This document shows, piece by piece, positions 35,241-48,710 of a DNA stretch of 64,000 nucleotides (its first letter is position 1; every line of letters starts with the position of its first letter). Under the pieces are notes generated by a model. That model saw only the letters and a program-made list of their open reading frames with translations, did not search any database and was not told where the DNA came from. Source of the DNA: Chiloscyllium plagiosum (Eukaryota); assembly GCF_004010195.1 (NCBI RefSeq), contig NC_057753.1, forward strand, positions 4,243,779 to 4,307,778, written 5' to 3'. The translations under genes and the position numbers were made by a program.

Positions 35241-38200
35241 TATGGGGACTCCATAGTTAGGGGGACAGACAGGAGGTTCTGTGGGGATGAGAGAGACTCA
35301 CGGTTGGTGTGTTGCCTCCCAGGCGCCAGGGTTCGTAATGTCTCCGATCGTGTTTTTGGGATCCTTAAGGGGGAGGGGGAGCAGCCCCAAGTCATGGTCC
35401 ACATAGGCATTGACATAGGTAGGAAGAGAGATGGGGATTTAAGGCAGAAATTCAGGGTGTTAGGATGGAAGCTTACAGCTAGGACGAACAGAGTTGTTGT
35501 CTCTGGTTTGTTGCCCGTGCCATGTGCTAGTGAGGGGAGGAATAGGGAGAGAGAGGAGGTGAACACATAGCTACAGGGATGGCGCAGGAGGGAGGGTTTT
35601 GGATTCTTGGATAATTGGGGCTATTTCTGGGGTAGGTGGGACCTCTACAAGCAGGATGATCTTCATCTGAACCAGAAGGGGACCAATATCTTGGCGGGGC
35701 GGGGCGGGGGAATTCGCTAAGGCTGTTGGGGTGGATTTAAACTAGTCCAGCAGGGGGATGAGAACAAAGATTGTAGTTCGAGTATAGAAAAGGTTGAGAG
35801 TAGTGAGGTCCAAAATCAAGTTTCAGGGACGCAAGATGGCACCAGCAGAAGTTGGTTTGAAGTGTGTCTACTTCAAAGTCCAGGAGCATCTGGAATAAGG
35901 TGGGTGAACTTGCAGCATGGGTTGTTACCTGGGACTTCGATGTTGTGGCCATTTCAGAGACATGGATAGAGCAGGGACAGGAATGGTTGTTGCAGGTTCC
36001 AGGATTTAGATGTTTCAGTCAGAACAGAGAAGATGGTAAAGGAGGGGGAGGTGTGGCACTGTTGGTCAAGGACAGTATTGCAGTTGCAGAAAGGATGTTA
36101 GGGGACTCGTCAACTGAGATAGTATGGGCTGAGGTTAGAAACAGGAAAGGAGAGGTTACCCTGTTGGGAGTTTTCTACAGGCCTCTGTATAGTTCCAGAG
36201 ATGTAGAGGAAAGGATAGCAAAGGTGATTCTCGATAGGAGTGAGAGAGACAGGGTAGTTGTCATGGGGGACTTCAACTTTCCAAATATTGACTGGGATCA
36301 CTATAGTACGTGTACTATAGATGGGTCAGTTTTTGTCCAGTGTGTGCAGGAGGGCTTCCTGACACAGTATGTAGACAGGCCAACAAGGGGCGAAGCCACA
36401 TTAGATTTGGTACTGGGTAACGAGCCTGGTCAGGTGTCAGACTTGGAAGTAGGTGAGCACTTTGGTGATAGCAATCACAATTCTGTTATGTTTACTTTAG
36501 TGATAGAAAGGGATAGGTGTATACCACTGGGCAAGAGTTACAGCTGGGGGAAAGGCAATTACCATGTGATTAGGCAAGATTTAGAAAGCGTAGGATGGGG
36601 AAGGAAACTGCAGGGGATGGGCACATTAGAAATGTGGAGCTNNNNNNNNNNNNNNNNNNGAAGGAAGTGGAATCTCTGGTCAAGAGGAAGAAGAAGGCTT
36701 ATGTTAGGATGAGATGTGAAGGCTCAGTTAGGGCGCTTGAGGGTTACAAGGTAACCAGGAAAGACCTAAAGAGAGAGCTCAGAAGAGTCAGGAGGAGACA
36801 TGAGAAGTTGTTGGCGGATAGGATCAGGGTAAACCTGAAGGCTTTCTATAGGTATTTAAGGAATAAAGAATGATGAGAGTGAGATTAGGGCCAGTCAAGG
36901 ATAGTAGTGGGAAGTTGTGTGTGGAGTCAGAGGAGATAAGGGAAGCAACTAAATGAATATTTTTCAACAGCATTCACTCTAGAAAACGACAATGTTGACG
37001 AGGAGAATACTGAGATACAGGCTACTAGACTAGGTGGGATTGAGGTTCACAAGGAAGAGGTATTAAAAATCCTGCAGAGTGTGAAAATAGATAAGTCCCC
37101 TGGGCTGGATGGGATTTATTCTGGGATCCTCGGGGAAGCCAGGCAGGAGATTGCTGAGCCTTTGACATTGTCTTTAAGTCATCATTGTCTACAGGAATAG
37201 TGCCAGAAGATTGGAGAATAGCAAATGTGGTTCGCCCTGTTCAAGAAAGGGAGTAGAGACAACCCTGGTAATTATAGACCAGTGAGCCTTACTTCAGTTG
37301 TTGGTAAAGTGTTGGAAAAGGTTATAAGAAATAGGATTTATAATCATCTAGAAAAGAATAATTTGATTAGGGATAGTCAGCACGGTTCTGTGAAGGATAG
37401 GTCGTGCCTCACAAACCTTATTGAGTTCTTCGAGAAGGTGACCAAACAGGTAAGATGAGAGTAAACCGGTTGATGTGGTGTATATGGATTTCAGCAAGGC
37501 GTTTGATAAGGTTCCCCACAGTAGGCTATTGTACAAAATGTGGAAGAATCGGATTGTGGGAGATATAGCAGTTTGGATCAGTAATTGGCTTGCTGAAAGA
37601 AGACAGAGGGTGGTGGTTGATGGGAAATGTTCATCCTGGAGTCCTTGGGTCCACTGCTGTTCGTCATTTTTATAAACGACCTGGATGAGGGGTTAGAAGT
37701 GGGGGTTAGTAAATTCGCAGACAACACTAAAGTCGGTGGAATTGTGGATAGTGACGAAGGATGTTGTAGGTTACAGAGAGACATACATAAGCTGCAGAGC
37801 TGGGCTGAGAGGTGGCAAATGGAGTTTAATGCGGATAAGTGTGCGGTGATTCACTTTGGTCAGAGTAACCGGAATGCAGAGTACTGGGCTAATGGTAAGA
37901 TTCTTGGGAGTGTAGATGAGCAGAGAGATCTCGGTGTCCAGGTACACAGATCCTTGAAAGTTGCCACCCAGGTTGACAGGGTTGTTAAGAAGGCATACAG
38001 TGTTTTAGCTTTTATTAATAGAGGGATCGAGTTCCAGAACCATGAGGTTATGCTGCAGCTGTACAAAGCTCTGGTGCAGCCGCACTTGGAGTATTGCGTA
38101 CAGTTCTGGTCACCGCATTATAAGAAGAATGTGGAAGCTTTGGAAAGAGTGCAGAGGAGATTTACTAGGATGTTGCTTGGCATGGAGGGCAGGTCGTACG

Positions 38201-38599
38201 AGGAAAGGCTGAGGGACTTGAGGCTGTTTTCGTCGGAGAGAAGAAGGTTGAGAGGTGACTTAATAGAGACATATAAGATAATCAGAGGGTGAACAGGGAG
38301 AGCCTTTTTCCAAGTTTGGTGATGGCGAGCACGAGGAGGCATAGCTTTAAATTGAGGGGTGATAGATATAGGACAGATGTCAGAGGTAGTTTCTTTACTC
38401 AGGGAGTAGTAAGGGTATGGGATGCACTGCCTGCAACGGTAGTAGATTCGCCAACTTTAAGTGCATTTAAGTTGTCATTGGACAAACATTTGGACGTACA
38501 TGGAATAGTGTCAGTTAGATGGGTTTCAGATTGGTATGACAGGTCAGTGAAACATCGAGGGCCGAAGGGCCTGTACTGCACTGTAATGTTCTATGTTCT
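35241..38599 (+). mobile_element. Nested CR1 LINE (esterase ORF1 C-terminal part, APE endonuclease, RT, 3' tail)
   Basis: GDSIVRG, LPGARV, D.LHLN; ISETW, MGDFNFP; QHG, KFADNTK; TTCTATG tail. Short TSD ATTCCC at 35235-35240 and 38600-38605. 18-N gap at 36642-36659. Confidence 0.92.
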
Positions 38600-40669
38600 A
38601 TTCCCCTGAGAATCCATCACTCCCTACATTTTCTAAAACAGCATAATTGTTTGAAATGGGAATAGCCACAGAAGACTCCCGCACTACCTACCTACCTCTC
38701 TTGCCTTTCCTGGAGTTAACCCATCTATATGACTGTATCTGCAGCTTTTCTCCCTTCCTATAACTGCCATCCATCACACATCCAAGTTCTTGTAAATTCC
38801 TCATCGCCTCTAACTATTGCTCCAATAGATCCATTCAATCTGATAGTTTTCGCAATCAACAGCATGTATTGCCGATATAATCCACAGTAGAACATAAACT
38901 CTCCCTAAACTCTCACATCTGACAAGAAGAGCATATCACTCTACTGAAGGCCATTTTTGCTTCTTCCAATCTAACGACCCAGAAAACAGCACTTATTGAA
39001 ATTGGAGAATAGAATCTCAGTTACAAGAGTTAAATATTTCTGAGCTGTTTGGAAGAGTGATATCATTGAAAAGCCACACGGTCTTACCTATTACAAGAGT
39101 AGAGGCTCTAATGGAGAGAGCTGACATTTAAGTAATTGGTGTAAGGTCAGGGAAATATTTTCAATTTTTATCGTTATACCTTGTGAGGTCATTTTGTGGT
39201 TTATACTTTCTAAGGGCTGTATTCTGTAGTAACATGCAACAACCTAGAAGCATCCCGGAGAAATTGATATTATTTCATGTTAAGCATCTTCCAAAAGGCT
39301 GAATTTAAAGGAGGAAATCAAAGCAGAAGAGCTCAAAATCCTGATATACCCCTCCTCCTCTATGTGGGAAGCAGGGCCCATCTTTAGGTCAGGGACCAGC
39401 ATGTGTCCAATAAGTGTCTCCAGCTGCAGCTCCTGTAAACCTGATCGGCAACATCCCAGATCCTGGCACCAGGGAGGCAACATACATTCCGGGAGTCCGG
39501 TCCTGTACAGGGAGGTGGTCACTCCTTGGACACAGGGTAAGGACAGCTGGGTTACAGTCAGGGGAGGAAATAGAACCGACATACAGAGCAGGGATCCCCT
39601 ATGGCTGTTCCCCTCAGCAATAAATATACCGCTTTGGATACTGCTGGTGGGGACAGGAGACACGGGGGAGAATAGAAAAGCGGTAGTGTAGGGACTCAAT
39701 AGTTGGACGGATTGACTGGAGATTTTGTAGTCAGATCAGGACTCCTGGAAGGTATGTCTCCCTTCCGGTGCCAGGGTCTGGGATGTTGCTGATTGGGTTT
39801 ACAGGATTCTGAAGGGGGAGCGTGAGCAACCAGAAATCATGGTACATATTGGCACCAATGATATAGCCAGGAAAGGAATTGAGGATCTGAAAAGTGACTA
39901 CAGAGAGCCAGGTTGGAAGCTAGGGAGCAGGACGAGTAGAGTAGTGATCTCTGGTATGCTACTGGTGCTATGAAATGATGAGGAACAGTCAGCGAGTGCA
40001 GCTTAACACGTGGCTGCTGCAGGAGGGAGGGCTTCAGATACCTAGACCATTGGGATGCCTTTTAGGGAAGGTGGAACCTGTGCATGAATGTTGTACCTGA
40101 ACTGGAGGGGCACAAATGTCCTGGGTGGGAGATTTGCTCGTGTGGTTTGGGAGGGTTTAAACTAGTTTGGCAGGGGGTAGGAACCAGAGGTACACATCTG
40201 AGAGGGCATAGTTGTAGATGGGACAGTTACAGGATGTAGTGAATCTTACAAGAAAGGTTTTTCATGTGATGAAACAAAGCGATCAGTTAAAGTGTGTTTG
40301 CTTTAACAAAAGGCAGATCAGAAATAAGAGTGATGAACGTAGAGCATGGATCAGTACTTGGGGCTATGATGTTGTGGCCATAACAGAGACGTGGGTTTCA
40401 CTGGGGCAGGAATGGTTGCTTGATGTTCCAGGGTTTAGAACGTTTAAAAAGAACAGGGAGGATGGAAAAGAGGAGGGGGTGTAGCATTGCTAATCAGAGA
40501 GTGCATCACAGCTACAGAAACTATGGTTGTTGAGGAAGGTTTGTCTACTGAGTCAGTATGGGTGAGTGTTAGGAACAGCAAAGGAACACCCACCTCATTG
40601 GGGGTTTTCTACAGATCCACTAATAGTAGTAGGGAGATCGAATAACTCATAAACCGGCAGATTATGGAA

Positions 40670-41093
40670 AAATGCAGATGTAGGAGGATTGTTGTATGGG
40701 TGACTTCAATTTTCCCAATATTGACTGGAACCTCCTTAGTGCAGATGATTTGAATGGAGCCGTTTTTGTCAGGTATGTTTAGGAGGGTTTCCTTACTCAG
40801 TATGTAGACAGGCCAACAAGGGTAGAGGCCATTTTCAATTTGGTGCTCGGCAATGAGCCAGGGCAGGTGTCAGATCTCGTGAAATGCAGATGTAGGAGGA
40901 TTGTTGTATGGGTGACTTCAATTTTCCCAATATTGACTGGAACCTCCTTAGTGCAGATGATTTGAATGGAGCCGTTTTTGTCAGGTATGTTCAGGAGGGT
41001 TTCCTTACTCAGTATGTAGACAGGCCAACAAGGGAAGAGGCCATTTTCAATTTGGTGCTCGGCAATGAGCCTGGGCAGGTGTCAGATCTCGTG
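40670..41093 (+). repeat. Tandem duplication, 2 x 212 bp
   Basis: 40670-40881 and 40882-41093; three substitutions seen. Confidence 0.9.
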
Positions 41094-41730
41094 GTGGGAG
41101 AACACTTTGGTGACAGTGATCACAACTGCCTCGCATTTACCATAGCCTTGGAGAGGGAAAGGAACAGTTGCCATGGGAAGATAATTTCTTTTTCCCTGAT
41201 TAAATATGACCCTATCGGATAGGAGTTGGGAAGTACAGATTGGGAGCAATTGTTTCACAGAAAGGGCACAACAAACACGTGGAGACTGTTTAAGGAGCAA
41301 TTGTTGCGAGTGATGCACAAATTTGTTCCTCTGAGACAGGCAAGAAGAGGTAAGATTAAAGAACTTTGGATGACGAGAACAGAGGAGCTTCTCATCAAAA
41401 GGAATAAGGTGAAGGAAACAAGGGTCTAGCACAGCGTAAAGGATTATAAACTTGTTAAAAAGGAGCTCAGAAATGGACTGAGGAGAGCCAGGAGGGGGCA
41501 GGAGAAAGGCTTGGCAGGAAGGATTAGAGAGAACCCAAAGGCATTTTACTCACACGTGAGAAATAAGAGAATGATCAGGGAGAAGGTAGGGCCGGTCAGG
41601 GATAGCATAGAGAACTTGTGTGTGGAGTCTGAGCAGTTAGGGGAAACCCTAAATGAGTGTTTTGCTTCAGTTTTCACGAAGGAAAGGGACCTTGTTGTGA
41701 ATGAGAACTTTGAGAAGCTGGGAAATAGGC

Positions 41731-41847
41731 CAGAGGAAACATCACAGAAGCGCTTCACATGAGGCTCCCAAGCACTGAGGATGTCACCTAGACAGGGGAC
41801 GAAACGTCTGCAACACAAATTCCCAGCTCAGCGAACAGAACCACAAC
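41731..41847 (+). mobile_element. Short Penelope-type insert (second family) with a 7-bp TSD
   Basis: TSD AATAGGC at 41724-41730 and 41848-41854. Contains a hammerhead. Confidence 0.8.
41772..41811 (+). ncRNA. Minimal type I hammerhead ribozyme motif
   Basis: GCA-CTGAGGA-T-GTCACC-TAGACA-GGGGAC-GAAA-CG-TC-TGC: stem I GCA/TGC, stem II 5 of 6 pairs, ACGT palindrome. Confidence 0.7.
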
Positions 41848-42923
41848 AATAGGCTTGAACAGATCAGGATTGATGAAGTTAATGTGCTGGAAATTTTGGC
41901 AAACATTAAGATTGATAAGTCCCCAGAGCCAGACCAGATTTATCCCAGGTTGTTCTGGGAAGTGAGAAAGGAGGTTGCTAAGCTTCCTTACTCCCTATGG
42001 GAATCATACCGGAGGATCGGAGAGAGGCGAATGTTGTTCCTCTTTTCAAGAAGGGTAATAGGGAAATCCCTGGCAATTACAAACCAGCCAGTCTTATGAC
42101 TGTGGTCAGCAAGGTTCTAGAAAGAAGTCTGGGGGTAGGATTTCGGACTATTTGGAAAAGCAGAGCATGATTAAAGGCAGTCAGCATGGCTTTGTGAGGG
42201 GCAGGTCATGCCTCACAAATCTTAGAGTTCTTTGAGGAGGTGGCGGGACAGCTCGACGAAGGTGGAACAGTGGACGTGGTGTATTTGGTCTTCAGCAAGG
42301 CATTTGTTAAGGTTCCTCATTCTAGGCTCATTCATAAAGTCAGGAAGTATGGGATATAGGGAGATTTGGCTATCTGGATTCAGAATTGGTTGGCTGACAG
42401 AAGGCAGGGAGTGTTTATAGATGGAACGTATTCTGCCTGGAGACCAGTGGTAAGTGGTTTGACACACGGCTCCGTTCTTGAGCCTCTGCTCTTTGTAGAT
42501 TTAATAAATGACTTGGATGAGGAGGTTGAGGGGTGGGTTAGTAAACTTGCCGATGACACAAAGGTTGGAGGTACCATTGTTAATACTGAGGGCTACCGCA
42601 GGCTGCAGCGTGACATAGACAGGATGCAGAGCTGGGCTGAGAAATGGCAGATGGATGTCAACCTGGAGAAATGTGAAGTGATGCATTTTGGAAGGTCGAA
42701 CTCAAATGCTGAATATAGGATTAAAGACAGGATTCTTTGCAGTGTGGAGGAACGGAGGGATCTGGGTGTGCACGTACATAGATCCCTCAAAGTTGCCACC
42801 CAAGTGGACAGGGTTGTTTCAAAAACATCTAGTGTTTTGGCTTTCATTAACAGGGGGATCAAGTTGAAGAGCTGCGAGGTTTTGCTGCAGCTCTACAAAA
42901 CTCTGGTGAGACCACAGTTGAAA

Positions 42924-43399
42924 TATTGTGCCCAGTTTTGGTTGCCCTACTATAGGAACGATGTGGAGGCTTTGGAGAGGGTGCAAAGAAGTTTTACCAG
43001 GATGTTGCCTGGACTGGAAGGCTTGCCTTATGAAGAAAGGTTGAATAAGCTCGGACTTTTCTCTCTGGAGAGAAGGAGGAAGAGAGGAGACCTGATCAAG
43101 GCATACAAGGTAATGAGATGCATGGATAGAGTAAATAGCCAGAGACCTTTACCCAGAGCAGTATTGTGCCCAGTTTTGGTTGCCCTACTATAGGAACGAT
43201 GTGGAGGCTTTGGAGAGGGTGCAAAGAAGTTTTACCAGGATGTTGCCTGGACTGGAGCGCTTGCCTTATGAAGAAAGGTTGAATAAGCTCGGACTTTTCT
43301 CTCTGGAGAGAAGGAGGAAGAGAGGAGACCTGATCAAGGCATACAATGTAATGAAAGGCATAGATAGAGTAAATAGCCAGAGACCTTTACCCAGAGCAG
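42924..43399 (+). repeat. Tandem duplication, 2 x 238 bp
   Basis: 42924-43161 and 43162-43399 are near-identical. Confidence 0.9.
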
Positions 43400-44271
43400 G
43401 ATTGACTGGAATGAGGGGTCATAGTTTGAAGATATTAGGAGGAAGGTATAGAGGAGACGTGAGAGGTAGGTTCTTTACACAGAGTTGTGAATGCATGCAA
43501 TGCATTGGCAGTGTGTTGGAAGGCAGAGTCATTAGGGACATCTAAGCAACTGCACATGGACAGCAGTGAATTGAGGTGTGCATAGGTTTGGTTATTTTAT
43601 TTTAGATTAGGAATAATCCTCAGCACAACATCGTGGGCCAAGGGGCCTGTTCTGTGCTGTACATTTCTATGTTCTATTAAACCAATTCTCCTACCTTCTC
43701 CCTGTAATCCTTGATATATCGCTTTGCAAACTGTTGGGTGGAATGGTCTATCAGGGGAAAGTAGCAGCAGCTAAATTTGTGGCACATCAGTTGGCTTTGC
43801 TGCAGAGGGAGGAGCAAAAAGTATGGGAATGCAGTAGTCATAAGGTATTCAATTGTAGGCGTATAGGTAGTCAGGCGTTTCTGTGGCCACAAATGTGACC
43901 CTAAGATAGTATGCTGCCTCCTGATGCTAGGATCAACATTATGTCAGAGCAGCTATAGGACATCTGGGAGGTGAGGGAGAACAGCCCTCCTTTCGTGGTA
44001 AATATCAGTGCCAATGATGTATGGGGGGAAAAAAGCGCGATGAGGTCCTAAAAGCAGAATACTGTGAATTCTGAAGTGAGCTGAGAAGTACTACCTTAAA
44101 GGTAGCGATTTCAGGTTTATTACCTGTGCTGGTGCTAGTCAGAATAGAGAACAAAAGATATATTGGATAAAAACGAGATTAAAGAAATGTTGTGAGAGGG
44201 GACGGCTTTCAAATTCCTGGGGCCATTGCAAATTGGAAATGTTACACGTAGGCAAGTCTGGGACTGATGGC

Positions 44272-44377
44272 GAAAATGAGTACTGCAGTTGCTGGAGATT
44301 AGAGTCAAGATTAGAGTGGTGCTGGAACAGCACAGCAGGTCAGGCAGCATCCGAGGAGCAGGAAAATTGATGTTTGA
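44272..44377 (-). mobile_element. Short Penelope-derived insert with a 10-bp TSD
   Basis: TSD GACTGATGGC at 44262-44271 and 44378-44387. Confidence 0.8.
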
Positions 44378-45115
44378 GACTGATGGCCCGAGGAGTTCTT
44401 GCTGGAGTGGTTGTCTGGGAGGAGGAGAGGGGGTTGTTGGGAGGAATAATAATTAAGTTGGCAAAAAGTCGGAGGAAGGGGAATCAAGGACAGGAACAAA
44501 AGAGTGAAGGGAAAGAGGAGAAGAGATAGGCAGAGGAATCAAAGACCACAATAAAATAATGCCAAGGTAAATAAAGATAAGCCATAAGACCATGTGCCTG
44601 AACGCTTGGAGCATTTGAAATCACGTGGATGAATTAGTTATGCAAAATGACGTGCAACTGGTGCGACATAGTTGGGATTATGAAGACATGACTTCAGGTT
44701 GACCAGAGATGGGAATGGAACATACAGGGGTATTCAGTATTTCGGAAGGACTGATAAAAATGAAAAGGTGGTGGGGTAATTTTACTGTTTCAAGAGAACA
44801 TAAACACAATATTGAGGAAAGATATTAACTTAGAAAAGGTAGAATGATATGGGTAGAATTGAGAAATGTCAAAGGCCAAAAATAAATAGTGATGCATAGA
44901 CTACCAAATTGCAGTCGTGGTGGTGGCAATGGAATTAAACAGGAAATTGGTGGCAAAGAAAATTTGTGATTCTGCATGATTTGCATCCTCATATAGATTG
45001 GATGAATTAAATTAGTCACAATGCCATGGAGAAGGGATGATAAACAGGATGATTTCCTCGATCAATATGTTGAAGAACCAGGCAGTGAACAGACCATGCG
45101 AGGGAGTATAATTGC

Positions 45116-45772
45116 GATAGAACAGAGAACATTACAGTGCAGTACAGGCCCTTCGGCCCTCAGTGTTGCACCAACCTGTGGAACCAATCTGAAGCCCATC
45201 TATCCTGCACTATTCCATATTCATCCATATGTCTATCCAATGACCATTTAAATGCCCTCAAAGTTGGCAAGTCTACTCCTGTTGCAGGCAGTGTGCTCCA
45301 TGCCCCTACTACTCTGAGGAAAGAAGCTACCTCTGACACGATGGGCGGCACGGTGGCACAGTGGTTAGCACTGCTGCCTCACAGCGCCAGAGACCCGGGT
45401 TCAATTCCCGCGACTGACTGTGTGGAGTTTGCACATTCTCCCCGTGTCTGCGTGGGTTTCCTCTGGGTGCTCTGGTTTCCTCCCACAATCCAAAAATGTG
45501 CAGGTTAGGTGAATTGACCACGCTAAATTGTCCGTAGTGTTAGGTGAAGGGGTAAATGTAGGAGTATGGGTCTGGGTGGTATACGCTTCAGCGGGTCGGT
45601 GTGGACTTGTTGGGCCGAAGGGCCTGTTTCCACACTGTAAGTAATCTAATCTAATCTAATCTGTCCGATAGCTATCACACCTCAATTTACAACTATGTCC
45701 CCTGGTGCTAGCCATCATCATTCAAGAAAAAAGGCTCTCACTATCCACTCTATTTAACCCTTTGATAAAGGA
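45116..45772 (-). mobile_element. CR1 3' end containing a plus-strand HE1 SINE (45343-45661)
   Basis: TSD ATAATTGC at 45108-45115 and 45773-45780. SINE has A/B boxes and (TAATC)n. Confidence 0.85.
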
Positions 45773-46229
45773 ATAATTGCTTTAATACGTAAGGGGTCAT
45801 GTAGTTGTGAGAGACTCATTGAGGATGAGCGACCATAATATGGTGGAATTCTTCATCAAGATGGAGAATGAGATGATTGATTCTGAGACGAGTGTCCTAA
45901 GTCTATGTAAGGGAAGCCTTGATGGTTTCACACATGTGTTGGCAATTACATTTGGTAAATTTTGCTGAAAAGAATGTCTGGATAAACAGTGGCAAATATT
46001 CAAACAATGTCTATTCTTGTCTGTTGCAAATGTACAAACAGCACAGTGTTCAAGTTTAGAAGGGAAGTTAGAGATAGTATTAGATGCAATAAAAGGCATA
46101 CAAATTGACAAGAAAGAATAGGTTGGACAATTGGGAACATCAGTATTGGAGGACCCAAGGGATTGATTATATAGTACAACATTTACAGTCAGTTCTTATG
46201 TTCCCTGAGAACTTAGCTCTCATTCAGAG

Positions 46230-48710
46230 CTAAGCCTGACCTAACCAAATTGTAAGTAAGTTGCATCATGACATCCTGAATCTTGTACTCAATTTCCCAA
46301 CCAATAAAGGCAAGCATGCGATGCGCGCTCTTTACCACTCTATCTACTTGCGTGGCCACATTCAGGGAGCTGTGGTTTTGATCCCCAAGATTGCTCTGTA
46401 AGTCAATGCTGTTCAGGGTCCTGTCATTGACTGTACTTTTCCTGAGCAATTGATTCTCAAACTGCAGCACCTCACACTTAGACGGATCAAATCCCATCTG
46501 CCACTTCTCTGACCATGTCTGCAATGAAGGACAAACAAAGAAAATTACAGCCCAGGAAAAAGGCTCTTAGGCCCTCCACGTTTGCACTGAACCATATCCT
46601 CTATCTAAACCTGTCACCTATTTACTAAGGTTTTGTATCCGTCTGCTTCCTGCCCATTCATGTATTTGTCTAGATCCATCTTAAATGATGCTATCATGCC
46701 CGCCTCTGCCACCTTCACTGGTAATGCATTCCAGGCACTCACCACCCTCTGCATAAAGAACTTTCCATACATATCTCTTTTAAACTTTTGCCCTCTCACC
46801 TTGAACTCATGACCCCGAGTAATTGAATCCCTGACTCTGGGGAAAAGCATCTTGTTATCGACCCTGCCTATACCTGTCATGATTTTGTCGACCTCAATCA
46901 GGTCCCCCCTCGTCTTTTGTAATTAAAGTAATCCTAATCTACTCGACCTCTTTTCATAACTTATACCCTCCATACCAGGCAACACCCTGGTGAACCTCCT
47001 CTGCATCCTCTCCAAAGCATCCACAACATTTTGGCAATGTGGTGACCAGAACTGTACGCAGTATTCCAAGTGTGGCCGAACCAAAGTCCTATGCGACTGT
47101 AACATAACCTGTCAACTCTTGTACTTAATACCCCGTACAATGAAGGAAAGCATGCCATAAACCTTCTTGACCACTCAATCGACCTGTGTTGCCACCTTCA
47201 GGATACAATGGACCTGAACACCCAGATCTCTCTTTACATCGATTTTCCTCAGGACTTTTGCATTTACTGTACAGTTTGCTCTTGAATTGCATCTTCCAAA
47301 ATACATCACTTTGCTTTTGCTCGGATTGAACACTGTTTGCCATCTCTCTGCCCAACTCTCCAAGCTACCTATATTCTGCTGCAGTCTCTGACAGTCCCCT
47401 TCACTATCTGTTACTCCACCAATCCTAGTGTCATCTGCAAACATGCTAATCAGACCACATGTACAAATCTTCTCAAACCTCGCTAAGACCCGTGCCTTCC
47501 ACCAGGTCATTTATGTATTTCACAATCGACAGCAGTCCCAACACGGATCACTGTGGAACACCACAAGTCATAGTTCTCCATTTTGAGAAACTCACTTTAC
47601 TACTCTCTATCTCTTGCTGCCCAGCCAGTTCACTACCCATCTAGCTCGTACACCATGGACCAAATGTGACTTCATATTCTCCATCAGCCTACCATGGGGA
47701 ACCTGATCAAACGCCTTACAAATCCATGTATATGACATCTACAGCCCTTCACTCATCAATTAACTTGGTCACTTCCTCAAAGAATTCTATCAAGTAGGTA
47801 AGACTTGACCTTCCCTGCACAAAACCATGCTGCCTATCACTGATAAGCCTATTTTCTATCAAATGGGAATAGATCCTATCCCTAAGTATCTTCTACAGCA
47901 GCTTCACGTCAGGTTCACCAGTCGATACTTGCCTGGATTATCCCTGGTACCCTCCTTAAACAAGGGGACAAGATCTGCAATTTTCTAATCCTCCAGGACC
48001 CCACCCGTGTTCAAGGATGTTGGAAACATATCGGTTAAGGCCCCAGCAATTTCCTCTCTCGCTTCCCTCAGTAATCTGGGATAGATTATGGGCAACATGG
48101 TGGCACAGTGGTTAGCACTGCTGCCTCATAGTGCCAGAGACCTGGGTTCAATTCCTGCCTCAGGCGATTGTCTGTGTGGAGTTTGCACATTCTCCCTGTG
48201 TCTGCGTGGGTTTCCTCCAGGTGCTCCGGTTTCCTCCCACAATCCAAAGATGTGCAGGTTAGGTGAATTGGCCAAGGTAAATTGCCTGTAGTGTTAGGTG
48301 TAGGGGAATGGGTCTGGGTGGGTTGCGGGTAGGTGTGGACTTGTTGGGCCAAAAGGCCTGTTTCCACACTGTCGGGAATCTAATCAGATCCCATCTGGAC
48401 TTGGAAATATGTTCACGTTAACGCCTTTTCGAATGCACAAGACTTCTTCCCTCCTTATGCAGACTTGACCTAGAGTAAACTGATCTATATCCCGCTGTAT
48501 CCTTTGGTGACATTCTACATGATTCACAACTCCACTCATCTTTGTACCATCTGCAAAATTACTAACTCACCCATCTACATTTTGATCCAAGTAATTTTTA
48601 TATATTGAGAACAGCAGAGGTCCCATTAGGGATCCCTGTGGAACGCCAGTAATCATGGAGCTCCAGTCTGAAACAAACAACTTTCGACCACTAATGTCTG
48701 CCTTCTACAG
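46230..48710 (-). mobile_element. Minus-strand CR1 fragments (main copy about 46530-48480)
   Basis: QHGF, MFADDTRIGG, RPHLEYCVQFWSP and KFFMQRVV on the minus strand. Confidence 0.85.
48088..48385 (+). mobile_element. HE1-type SINE (paralogous to 58192-58506)
   Basis: Same insertion point in the CR1 PDGIYP codons in both arms. Confidence 0.88.

Larger units (their letters stand above)
31648..38960 (-). mobile_element. Near full-length CR1 LINE (ORF1 zinc-finger/zipper plus SGNH esterase, ORF2), split by a nested CR1
   Basis: ORF1 start MAFSRVICSSCQM at about 38955 (minus); esterase HIGINDIG near 35000; ORF2 RT motifs at 32450-33260; 3' tail near 31648. Many stops. Confidence 0.85.
39330..43677 (+). 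mobile_element. Near full-length CR1 LINE with two internal tandem duplications
   Basis: ORF1 esterase (HIGTNDIA), APE (ITETW, GDFNFP), RT (KLADDTK) and 3' tail. Confidence 0.9.
43790..46170 (+). mobile_element. Old CR1 (esterase ORF1 and APE remnants) with younger inserts
   Basis: Degenerate GDS, CCLP and GGGV motifs. Interrupted at 44272-44377 and 45116-45772. Confidence 0.6.
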
